Assembly: GCF_000019345.1 (NCBI RefSeq)
Contig: NC_010503.1
Location: forward strand, 180,001-212,000
DNA length: 32,000 bases
Source: Ureaplasma parvum serovar 3 str. ATCC 27815
GTDB taxonomy: Bacteria > Bacillota_I > Bacilli_A > Mycoplasmatales > Mycoplasmoidaceae
Reading direction: 5' to 3'
Position 1 is the first letter of the stretch. Every line of letters begins with the position of its first letter. A model generated the notes under the pieces. That model was not told the origin of the DNA, searched no databases, and saw nothing but the letters and a program-made list of their open reading frames with translations. Shown piece by piece: positions 11,860 through 21,922 of the stretch. The translations under genes were made by a program, and so were the position numbers.

Positions 11860-12184
11860 TATTAAACGTGAAATATTAAGTGCTTTAAATGATGAAACAA
11901 AAAAAGTAATTAGCAAATTACAACAAACAAATAATTTAATTAAACAATTAAGCGATGAAAAAAAGACATTAGAACAATATTTAAAAGATAATGTTAACAA
12001 TCATGAAATCGTTGATTTAGACAGTGATTTAAAAATTAAAATCTATGATTTAACATCTAAGGATAGTATTGTTTTAGATTATGACAAAATCATTACTGAT
12101 TATAAAGTTGATACAAAAAAATATGAAACGATTAAAAAAGGAACAACATCAACACGAATAACATGAAGTGGAGCAGATAAATAA
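11849..12184 (+). CDS. Hypothetical early protein
   Basis: 111 aa, overlaps the annealase start (TAATG). Confidence 0.65.
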
Positions 12185-12840
12185 TGGTTAAAGACGATAA
12201 ATTAGTGCCAAGCATTAGATTATTAACACCAAATGAACTAAGCGAACAATGAGCTAATCCAAATAGCGAAATTAATCAAATCACACGTGCTGTTTTGACC
12301 ATTCAAGGAATTGATTTAAAAGCCATTGATTTAAACCAAGCAGCACAAATTATTTATTTTTGCCAAGCAAATAATTTAAATCCACTAAACAAAGAAGTTT
12401 ATTTAATTCAAATGGGCAATCGTTTAGCACCAATTGTTGGTATTCATACTATGACAGAACGTGCTTATAGAACTGAACGATTAGTTGGTATTGTACAAAG
12501 TTATAACGATGTTAACAAAAGTGCTAAGACAATACTAACAATCAGATCGCCAGGTTTAAAAGGTCTTGGAACTGTTGAAGCTGAAGTATTTTTAAGCGAA
12601 TACAGCACGAATAAAAACTTGTGATTAACAAAACCTATTACCATGTTAAAAAAGGTGTCTTTGGCCCACGCATTGCGTTTAAGTGGCTTATTAGCGTTTA
12701 AAGGTGATACGCCTTATATTTATGAAGAAATGCAACAAGGCGAAGCAGTGCCAAATAAAAAAATGTTTACACCACCAGTTGCTGAAGTAATTGAACCAGC
12801 AGTTGAAAATATAAAGAAAGTAGATTTTAATGAGTTCTAA
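12184..12840 (+). CDS. Bet/RecT-like single-strand annealing protein
   Basis: 218 aa; YFCQANNLNPLNKEVYLIQMGNRLAPIVGIHTMTERAYRTE...LTKPITMLKKVSLAHALRLSGLLAFKG...YIYEEM follows the phage Bet/RecT pattern. Confidence 0.85.
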
Positions 12841-13519
12841 TAACTTTGATAATAATATGCCACGTATTGAATTTAAAAAAATGCCACTAACTTTTATTAG
12901 ATTAAATACGAAAAAAAGTAATAACGCACCCTTTGTTTCAGGTAGTTTTTGATTAGCAGATAAAGTAAATGCGAACGTTTATTTTAGTGAATATTTAATG
13001 GAACGTATTGTTCCATTTGAAAACAATAAAACTAATATCGTTATCTTAGAAAATGTTTCATGTTATATAAATTTTAACTGAGAAGAAAAACGAATTATTA
13101 TGCGTGTTGTTTCATTTGATAATATTTTTTACAAGCATCAATTAAGCGAACAACAAACTATTGATTTTGTGAGTGCTGAAAAAGAATATAACTATCAAAC
13201 ACAAACAGTTAATTCTTATAGTAATAGTGATGATGAAATTGAAATTATTAACTGATTAGAAAGTGATGAACAAAAAGCATATTTTGATAGTCAGTTAATG
13301 TTTATTGATTATAAAAACCAAGGCTTTTTTAAAAATAAAACAATGCCAGATAAACTAAAAAATAACGCTAATGCTTTAGAACTTTATAAACAAATTATTA
13401 AATTAGATTTAGAAGCATTTAGTGGTTTATACAACGGCTTAAAACCATTTGAAGCAGCAAATAAATTAATTGAAAAAGGCTATATAACACTTAACGATTT
13501 CTTTAAATATGCGATCTAA
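12830..13519 (+). CDS. Hypothetical protein, possible single-strand DNA-binding function
   Basis: 229 aa; FVSGSFWLADKVNANVYFSEYLMERIVPFENNKTNIVILENVSCYINFNWEEKRIIMRVVSFD looks OB-fold-like and sits next to the annealase. Functional call is inference. Confidence 0.4.
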
Positions 13520-13970
13520 ACAATGACATTTGAGCACACAAGATGCTAATTTAGCAAATAAAAAATATGATTATATTTACTTTAGGGGTGTTAATCAACT
13601 TTATTTAAAACGTCTTAAAAAAAGTAGTAATAAGTTTTTTGTTTATAAAAAATGTAAAATCGTACCACGTATGATATCAAAACATTTAAATAACGACCAT
13701 TTAATTAACGTTAATGATTATGTACCACTAACCAAAGAATTTATTAAAAAAAGCGTTGAAAAAGAAGTTAAACATTATCTAAGGTTTATATCTTATGAAA
13801 ACAAAACTAAACAAATGCCTGAACTAATTAATTTTTTAGAAAAATCACTTGAAGATAAGTTATTTATTGTCGCAAAAGATTATGATCCTTTATTTTCTGT
13901 GTTTTTACGTTATTACATTCAAAGTTTAATAGAAAAATATATTAATGAATTATGAATAAATGAGTGATAG
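13509..13970 (+). CDS. Hypothetical early protein
   Basis: 153-aa frame with code 4 (MRSKQWHLSTQDANLANKKYDYIYFRG...). Confidence 0.65.
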
Positions 13971-14629
13971 GAATCGATTTATCAACAACAATAACAGGAG
14001 TTGCTATTTTAAGAAATGAGCAGATAATTAAAACCTTTGCTGTTGCTTTTGATAACTTTAATGAAAAGAATTTATATAACAACGTTATAAGACTTATTAA
14101 AGAAATTAATTTAAATGTTTGATTATTAGCTGATGATGATTATTATATTGGTATTGAAGTTGCTAACTTTTCAAATCCAAAACTAACACAGCGTTTTTCA
14201 ATTTATGCTGGTATGATTATTGCGTTAATGTCACAAGTTTTAAGAGATTTTAACGCTGAATTTAAAATGTTTAATGCGAATGCTTGACAGTTAAAAATAC
14301 CACAAATACAATATAACACATTGCGTAAAGATCGTAAATTAATTACTAAAAATTTAATGATTAAAACATTTAATATTAAAAGTAATTTAAACGAAGACGA
14401 ATACGACGCCTTAGCGATTGCTTATTTTTATGATAGTATTAATTCAACGCTAGAACAAGAAGAGATAACTAAGGCTAAAAAAATAGTTAAAATGAATAAA
14501 GTTAAACAGCAGTTATCAATTAGTAAAAAGATTAATAAACTGCTTGAAAAGAAAAGCAAACTAAAAAAAGCAACTGCGATATCAAAAGTTGATGAACAAA
14601 TAGAAGAATTAAAGAAACTAAATAAATAA
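13952..14629 (+). CDS. RuvC-like (RNase H fold) Holliday junction resolvase
   Basis: 225 aa; MNKWVIGIDLSTTITGVAI (first acidic motif), IGIEVANFSNPK, NEDEYDALAIAYFYD (C-terminal acidic motif). Confidence 0.75.
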
Positions 14630-14695
14630 TGTTATAATATTTATCTCGTAGGTAGTCATACTATCATTTGCTAAATAGTATAACTAGAATAAAAA

Positions 14696-14730
14696 AAGGT
14701 GTTAGTTGAATCTAGCACTTTTTTATTTTA
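14696..14730 (+). terminator. Terminator of the early operon
   Basis: GTGTTAG-TTGAAT-CTAGCAC followed by TTTTTTATTTT. Confidence 0.7.
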
Positions 14731-15052
14731 ATAATTTAAAACAAATTATATATTATGTTATAATATATACACTAGTACACGTTGATATAACGCTTACGTG
14801 TTAAAATAAAATAGCGTTATTCCTTCTCTTCTTTTTTACAAAGATTATTAAAATATTATTTTTTACTTAAAAAATAATCTTTCTGATTTATTAAACAATA
14901 TTGGACAAATATATTTTTTGCTTAAAGTACGCCCAATGGCGTTGTTTAATTAATCTTTCTCACCACTTATTAAATAAACGACTGCTAAAACGTCCTGATA
15001 GCGTTTTTTAATTATTTATTTGAATTTTTGAATGTTAAATTTCAAAATAAAC

Positions 15053-15083
15053 TAAGCAAGCCTGATAAACTTGCTTTTTTTAT
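15053..15083 (+). terminator. Rho-independent terminator
   Basis: AAGCAAG-cctgataaa-CTTGCTTTTTTT. Confidence 0.6.
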
Positions 15084-15134
15084 TGTCTTTTGGTATAATA
15101 TTATTGTCCATTATCTGGTATTTATATTAGGTCT

Positions 15135-15163
15135 TTGGGCTATAATTCTAAATGTATTATAAT
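15135..15163 (+). promoter_or_regulatory. Candidate promoter convergent with the 22-aa peptide gene
   Basis: TTGGGC, 17-nt spacer, TATAAT; reads towards the 3' end of the peptide gene. Confidence 0.45.
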
Positions 15164-15180
15164 ATTGTTGAAAACAAAAA

Positions 15181-15208
15181 ACACGCTCCGTTAAAGCGTG
15201 CTTAATGT
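15181..15208 (-). terminator. Terminator of the 22-aa peptide transcript
   Basis: Minus strand CACGCT-TTAACGG-AGCGTG-TTTTTTG. Confidence 0.65.
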
Positions 15209-15229
15209 GTTAGTTTAGGTTTTATTATC

Positions 15230-15298
15230 TTATTTTCTTAAACTTATTAGGATTTGGATTATTGTTAAGATTATTACTATTAGGTCTGATAATTCCAT
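15230..15298 (-). CDS. 22-aa hydrophobic peptide, candidate type I toxin / holin-like toxin
   Basis: MELSDLIVIILTIIQILISLRK* preceded by AAAAAAAGGGGGTGATTCT-ATG, with promoter TTGACA...TATATAAT upstream (about 15345-15379) and its own terminator. Confidence 0.5.
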   Translation of the reverse strand: MELSDLIVIILTIIQILISLRK

Positions 15299-15495
15299 AG
15301 AATCACCCCCTTTTTTTAAAAGGTTATGGTGTATTCCTAAACTAACAATAATATTATAATATATTTTTTACACTTTGTCAATACTTTTTATATATAAATA
15401 TATAAAAATGTGGTATAATTTAAGTGGCTATTACTTATTTACGACTGGTAGTAGCAAAATCTTTATTATTTCAGTTCCTTAATGGTTGAAATATA

Positions 15496-15530
15496 AAAAA
15501 GCCACCCTTTAGCAAGGTGGTTTTTATTTT
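15496..15530. terminator. Bidirectional terminator at the end of the late operon
   Basis: AAAAAGCCACC-ctttagcaa-GGTGGTTTTTATTTT, A-rich and T-rich on opposite sides. Confidence 0.7.
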
Positions 15531-15532
15531 GT

Positions 15533-15976
15533 CTAATAATCGCTTTTAATACGTTTTAAATATTCGATCTCTTCTTCTAATTTGCGTTGTTTACGTCTTG
15601 ATAGATAACTATGTCTGATATCATCAATAAACGCCTTTGGATCTAATATACCATCCTTAATTAATTTGGCTAGCATTAATCTAAATCTTAGCATTAGCAT
15701 TAATTCAAATACTTTTAATGGAATTGATAACGCTGTTATTAAATATCCAAGCACTGAGAACACTAAACCAAATAATGCGGTTGGGTCTTGTCAGTTGATG
15801 TGTTTTAATTTATCAAACAAACTCTTAATCTTGTCATTGAAATTAAAAAATGGTACAAACACAATAATCATAGCAAACGCAATTACAAATATTAAAATAG
15901 CAATTCATAACATCAAGCGTTTTTTATTAAAGAAAAATAATTCCTTAGTAATCGCTTTGAACTCTTGTTTTGTCAT
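15533..15976 (-). CDS. Small membrane protein of the late operon
   Basis: 147-aa frame with code 4; MTKQEFKAITKELFFFNKKRLMLWIAILIFVIAFAMIIVFVPFF... with two hydrophobic segments. Confidence 0.7.
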
Positions 15977-16493
15977 CTTTTATAATCTCCTGTTCTAATC
16001 GCTTAACTTTTTGTTCTTGCTCTTGTATTTTTAATTGCTTTTCTTGTTGTTCTAGTTTTTTTAATTCTTCATCCAATGTTTTGTAATTGTTAGAACTTAT
16101 AACTGCTTTAATATTTTCAACACTAATATAACGATTACGTATTTGTTCAACTAGTATATCTAAGGCTTCGAACTCTTCTTTACTTAAATCCCCGTACTGG
16201 TGCATTTTAGCAACAGTTCGCCATAATGTTTTTAATGTTGGTAAAAGTGTTAACATTGAAATAATTAAATTAATAAATCCAATAGTCATAAAGAATGGAA
16301 AATAAAACTTTTGTTCTTTTACAAATAACACAAATGCGTTATCATTTGGTAGTCCAGCAATTAAATAAGTAGATAATAAAGCTAATCCTAAAAATAACCC
16401 TGAAATAATTGAACTTGTTAAATAAATCAGCTGTACTTGTTTTTTAGAAAACTTCCATTCTTTGTTTTTAAACTTATTTTTATTGTTCATCAT
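15945..16493 (-). CDS. Small membrane protein of the late operon
   Basis: 182 aa, two hydrophobic segments and a coiled-coil C-terminus. Confidence 0.75.
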   Translation of the reverse strand: MMNNKNKFKNKEWKFSKKQVQLIYLTSSIISGLFLGLALLSTYLIAGLPNDNAFVLFVKEQKFYFPFFMTIGFINLIISMLTLLPTLKTLWRTVAKMHQYGDLSKEEFEALDILVEQIRNRYISVENIKAVISSNNYKTLDEELKKLEQQEKQLKIQEQEQKVKRLEQEIIKDDKTRVQSDY

Positions 16494-16926
16494 TTAAAAT
16501 ACTCTCCTTATTTTGCTTGTATAAATCATTTTGAGCCTTTTTTATGCTTCTTTTTTGTTCGTTAATAGCTTTTCATTCACTTTTTAGTTTGTCTTGTTCT
16601 ATGCGAGTTTTTAGATGTCAGTTTTTGCCTTCTGTTGTAAATCGTCAAAAGAACGGCGATATTGCGAAAAAATCAACGCAACCACAAATGATATAAGCAA
16701 ATAAAACAACTAAAAATAATTGCCATTTTTTCGTACTTCCTAGTTTTGGAAATTTTGATATCATTCAGTCTCATAATGTGGCTTTGTCTGTATATTCGCT
16801 TTCTTTACCAAAAAATACAAACGATGTCTCACCAATTTTAATAAAAAACGAACAAATTAAAAAAATGGTTCATAATGTGGTTAGAATTCATAGTCATAAA
16901 ATACGACGATTAATATATTCTTTCAT
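16480..16926 (-). CDS. Small membrane protein, N-terminus similar to the protein at 21544-21912
   Basis: 148-aa frame with code 4; MKEYINRRILWLWILTTLWTIFLICSFF...; shares WLWILT and flanking hydrophobic pattern. Confidence 0.7.
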
Positions 16927-16930
16927 TAAA

Positions 16931-19174
16931 TTATTCTCCTACATAAATTGTTCTAACACTTCATTCATAATTTAATCCAACTTCAAAGTTTGTAGCAAAT
17001 GTTTTATTTACTATATCTATTAATCACAAATCAACATTAACACCAGATTTTTCAGCATTAACACGAACGACTAAAAATTGAGGCTGATATTGATTTCACA
17101 ACAGGATTTGTTGTTGTGTTTCTCCACTATCAGATAACATGTTATTACGGTCTGTGTTTCTATCAAAAGAAAACGTTAAACTATAATCTTTATCACTTCA
17201 ATCAACACTACTGTTATTAAAATTTAATGATAGATACCATTTAAAAATTACTTCATGATTTGCCATATTTGGAAACGTACGTTTAATATCAGGTCATGGT
17301 ATTGTTTTATTATCGCCATATTCTTCATCACGACCAGTTCATTTAAAATTCTCTGGTAATCGAACACGTCCAGCATAATATCATTGTGAATGAATTTTAT
17401 AGTTGTTACTGCTTTTTTTGTTTTCTAAGTTTTTAATCTTAGATTCAATTGTTGTAATAGTTGAACTATTAGCATTATTTGCTGTTTGTACGCTATTAAT
17501 TTTGTCGTTTAAACTTGAATAATTACTTTTAACTTTATTTTCTAAATTAGATAATGTACTTGATGCTGTTGATTGTTTATTTTCTAATTTAATATACTTT
17601 TGTTCTAAATTATTTTTAGTTTCTTTTAATGATGTTTGCAATTGTAAAAGATTAGATGTATTTTTAGCAATTGATTTATTCATTCTTGGAATAATACCAT
17701 CATTTTCAGGTTTATCAGTGTTTCAATCTAATCGTTCTAGTTTTACAGTGCCAAAAGGTCAAACTGTATCAGAACCTTCTCTATTACCAGCAGATACGTC
17801 ATTAATTAAATATTTTATTAAGTTATCATAATTTTCACGAAAACCTAACATTCCTATTAGTGCAGTGTTTTTAAAACTTTCTAAATTAGATGTTAAAGCA
17901 TCAACATTAGCACTATCACCTTTTTCACCCTTTGGACCAGTTTCACCTTTTGGACCAATTGGACCTTGTATTCCAGGTTCGCCTTTTTCACCTTTAAATA
18001 CACCAGATGCTTTATCTTGCTCATAAGATGATAAAACCGCTTGTTTGGCTTCATTAACTTTATTTTCTAAGTTTTTAGTGAATGTATTTTCTTTAGTATC
18101 AATTGCTTTTTTAACTTCGTTTACTTTATTATCAACAGCATCTTGCACGCCTTCTTTAATTTTGTTTAAATCAATTTGTTGAATATTAATTAATTCTCAT
18201 ACATTTTCGTTAATTTGCTTACTTGGATCTACGATATTATGCGTACTTACACCATTGTTAACTAGTGCCTTATAAACTTTAATTGTGTTAGTTTTTTCAT
18301 CTAAGTCATAAACTAACTCACCAGCTTTATAGTCATAAATAGCATCCCAGTACATTTTGGAATTAATTTTATTACAATATTCATACAATTCTTGGCGTGT
18401 AATTGCATTGTTATTATTTTGTCCATATCATGCTAAATTTTTAACGTCATGAATATCAACATAATTAGCAATAGCATTATCATAAACTTTATTGCTTTTA
18501 TCTGTTGTTAAATCATTTGGTAGTGTACAATCATTTAAAATAAAGCCATTTAATGTTGCTAAATTACCAGATGCGTTAATGCTACTTACGTTATTAATAT
18601 TGTGATGGTTTAAATCAAAATTATTATTAACAACAGGGTTATTTTTAGATATATAATGGTCTCTTAATTCTTCATGAACATTATTAATCGCATTAATTTT
18701 TAATTCATCATAATTAACATAAATACCATCATCGTTAAAGTTAGCAAACTTTGATTTTTTATATAATCCACAAACACGTAATTTATTAATGATATCTAAT
18801 CGCTTTTTTTCAAAATCAGCATTTTCAGATTTAAAAGATAATGATAAGCCATCACCAATAGCAGATGTATAATCTTTATCGATAAAATGACCTTGTAATC
18901 ATAAATAATTTGTTAATGTTGCAATTGCTTCTTTAAATTTAGTTTTTTGATAATCTGTTGTTTTTAAATCATCAAATCAACTATAAATAAAACCAGCACC
19001 ACCATTTGATGCTACACAATCATCAATCATTGATTGAGCACGCAAAATAAACGTAGTTAACGCTTGTTTTTTACGTTCTAATTGTAATTGGTTATCTTCT
19101 AAATTTTCGTTTCGTACAATTAGTGGAAACAAACTTAAATATTCTTCTACACTAAGTAATAATCTATTATTCAT
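16931..19174 (-). CDS. Phage fiber-like structural protein with collagen-like GXY tract and adaptor-like N-terminus
   Basis: 747-aa frame with code 4 joining ORFs 17381-17683, 17759-18148, 18197-18388 and 18977-19174 (same frame). Contains [26 protein letters not shown] flanked by coiled coils. Confidence 0.8.
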
Positions 19175-19956
19175 TATTTAACTCCTTCAAAATATTTACG
19201 AGATGCATCAAATCAGTAAATACTTTCTTTTTGTAAGTGAATTAAGTTTTTACGATTAGCATGGTAAAATATGTTTCAAAATGTTGTACCAGTTGGTGCA
19301 AATTTCAGCATTGTAGCAATGCGTTTTGGAATATTACGTCATGTATAACGTGCTAGTGGATTACGTTTGGATGGTTTCATTAATTTAAGTGTTAAATAAC
19401 CAATCTTACCAACGCCATCACTTGCGTATCATGTGCCATAATCTATCCAATGTTTATTAAAATCAATGTCAACATTATCAACATCTTTAAACTGATTTTC
19501 TTTACGCACTTTTTCAAAATTCTTTTTTTCAGTTTTAGATGCGTTATCTAATGTATCTGTTAAATGTTTGATAATGCTATCTTTTTGTTTTGTCGTGTAT
19601 TTACTAGTTTGTTTAGCAATATCTTTAATCGCTTCATTAATAGCATCTTTTAGTTTTTTAGCTAAATCTTTGTTATCTTGAATAATTTTTAATTCTTTTG
19701 AGTTAAAAATCTTTTCTAAACTTGAATTATCAAAAAACTTTTTTAATATGTCATCTGGTTTTAAATTAAAGTCATGAAAAACAGTTTTACCTTTTTTCAT
19801 AAAAGCACCAGTTTTATTTTTAAACATTTTAAAAAAATCAAATTTAAACATCTTTAACATACGTGAAAATAAGTTAATCAAAGTAGATATTAAACTCTTA
19901 ATTTTAGATAACAACAAGCGACCAACAAAGCGTAGTATTAGAATTAGTATACCCAT
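19174..19956 (-). CDS. Late-module protein of unknown function
   Basis: 260-aa frame with code 4 (or TTG start at 19971). Hydrophobic N-terminus and charged central region; located between the capsid and fiber genes. Confidence 0.65.
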
Positions 19957-19972
19957 AGTATTAGTTAACAAA

Positions 19973-20000
19973 AAAAGGGCATTATTTGCCCTTTCTCCTT
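19973..20000 (-). terminator. Hairpin in the late operon
   Basis: Minus strand GGGCAAATAATGCCC followed by TTTTTT. Confidence 0.55.
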
Positions 20001-20011
20001 TCTTTGTAAAA

Positions 20012-21199
20012 TTACTTGTAAGTACTTAAACCCCTTCAATTTGCTTTATTTACTTCAGTGATTTTAGAATCTTCACTGATTGGTGTTTTAAATTCAGCAT
20101 ATAGTGAGGGAAATTGTGAATAAAGATTTGAGCGTGCTTTATTGATTTCATCTTTTGTTGGTTTATCATTTAAAATCACAAAATTTAAATGTGCAAATTG
20201 TGGAAAGACCGCACTGTTCATACTTCATGAGTTATGAATTAACTGGTGTGATTTGCTTGTTGGACTTTGAAATGTTGTTAACATTAATTCTTGTTTTAAA
20301 CAAATTGTAGTCTCAGGCATTGTAATAATACCGCTTAGTTTGCTAAACTTGTAATCACGAATTAAATTACTTGTGTATTTTTGATCTGTTGATTTTAAAT
20401 AATCTTCGCCTAAATATGCAGATGAGTATATTGGCATTCCTAAATAATCACCCATATATTGTGAACTACTTCCTAAACCCTTAGTGCTATAGTCGCTGTA
20501 TGCTTGACCATCACGAATTTTATAAGTTTTAGCAGTTAATACAACTAATGCTGCATCATCTGATAAAACGAATCGTAATTTATTTGGATCAGCTCCTAAA
20601 TTAAATTTAGTACGACTTTTTGTTACTTGTTTTGCTTTACGATATATTTTTTCAACAATTTTTAATCGTTCATCATCTGTTAATGATTCAACACGATCAG
20701 GACTAAGTTCTGGAATAATAATATAATTACCAGTTGCTAAACAAGATTGATAAATCGCATCAATGTTAATTAAATTAATTTGATCTTGTTTAACGACTTC
20801 TAAATTTGCTAATGTCTTAGCTAAAAAATCGTTTCATTGAGCACCTGTTTTTTTATCAAATACACTAATACTTACTTCTTTTTGATAGTCATTACTTAAA
20901 TGTAATGTTAATCTATCAATTGCTGGTACTTGCTTTTGTGTAAAGTCATCACGGTACTCTTCAACTTGTCCGATTACGCCAACTTCATAAATAGCAGTTC
21001 GCATATCATCCATAATTTTAGTTGGTGTCATTGTTGCACTTCCTAGAAATTCAGCGTTAAATTGATTTTCTAGCATATATTTTTCAAATCCACCTGCAAC
21101 AACACGTTCATTATTAGCGTTAACAACATCTAAATATTGAGTGATTGTATATTTAGCATTTGGATCTGGTCTTTTTCAAGTGTTTTGGTTATCAGCCAT
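20012..21199 (-). CDS. Major capsid protein candidate
   Basis: 395-aa frame with code 4 joining ORFs 20036-20221, 20225-20455 and 20834-21076. [14 protein letters not shown]...[20 protein letters not shown] pattern typical of HK97/P22-type coat proteins. Follows a scaffold-like ORF. Confidence 0.65.
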
Positions 21200-21214
21200 T
21201 TTTTCAATTCTCCA

Positions 21215-21541
21215 TTAGTTAAAAAATTTTAAAAAGTGGCTATTAGCATCTTCTACGACTGGTTTTTCTTGATGAATATTAACAAACTGTTGATTTTGTT
21301 CAAGCGTTGCGATTTTGTTTAATAATTCTTGTTCTCGTTGCTTAAACGTATTTTCTAAGTCTTTGATTTCTTTTAACTTAGCTTCAACTAATTTATTAGC
21401 ATTATCTAATTGTTCATTTGTTTTTAGATAATTTTCAAATTGTTTTTGAATACGTTTGTCAATTTCATCATATAAAGCATTTTCTTTATTTTCTTCAGTT
21501 TCTTGTGGTTGAACTTGATTTTTTTCAAGTTCATCAACCAT
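21215..21541 (-). CDS. Scaffold-like coiled-coil protein
   Basis: 108 aa, highly charged coiled coil immediately upstream of the capsid candidate. Confidence 0.6.
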   Translation of the reverse strand: MVDELEKNQVQPQETEENKENALYDEIDKRIQKQFENYLKTNEQLDNANKLVEAKLKEIKDLENTFKQREQELLNKIATLEQNQQFVNIHQEKPVVEDANSHFLKFFN

Positions 21542-21543
21542 AT

Positions 21544-21912
21544 TTACATACCTACTTTCTTAGATTGTTTTATTTTTTGTTTCACAATATACGCAACTTT
21601 TGAGATTATGAAATAATCAATTAGCATAGTTCCTACAAATCCTAAGCCAAACGCTACACCGATAATGGCTCGAGAGAATACATCAATACTGTTTGGTACT
21701 CCTCTTGCGAATGGTTTATCAACTAAACTAAAAGAGTAAAATTTCACAATTTTTTCTAATGAACTAGTTAATAACTCATATTTAGCAGTGTTTTCAGTAT
21801 AAATTCACTTAACATTATTAAAACAAATTACAAAAAATGAAATTGCTAATATAGCAGTTAGAATTCATAATCACTTAATACGTTCGTTGTGAAATTTAAT
21901 TATTTTGTTCAT
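21544..21912 (-). CDS. Small membrane protein
   Basis: 122-aa frame with code 4; MNKIIKFHNERIKWLWILTAILAISFFVICF... plus second hydrophobic segment IIGVAFGLGFVGTMLIDYFII. Confidence 0.7.
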
Positions 21913-21922
21913 ACTATATATT

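Noticed and set aside
15666-15998. 110-aa plus-strand ORF
   Set aside because: Antisense to the late-operon membrane protein genes, which have consistent overlapping starts/stops on the minus strand.
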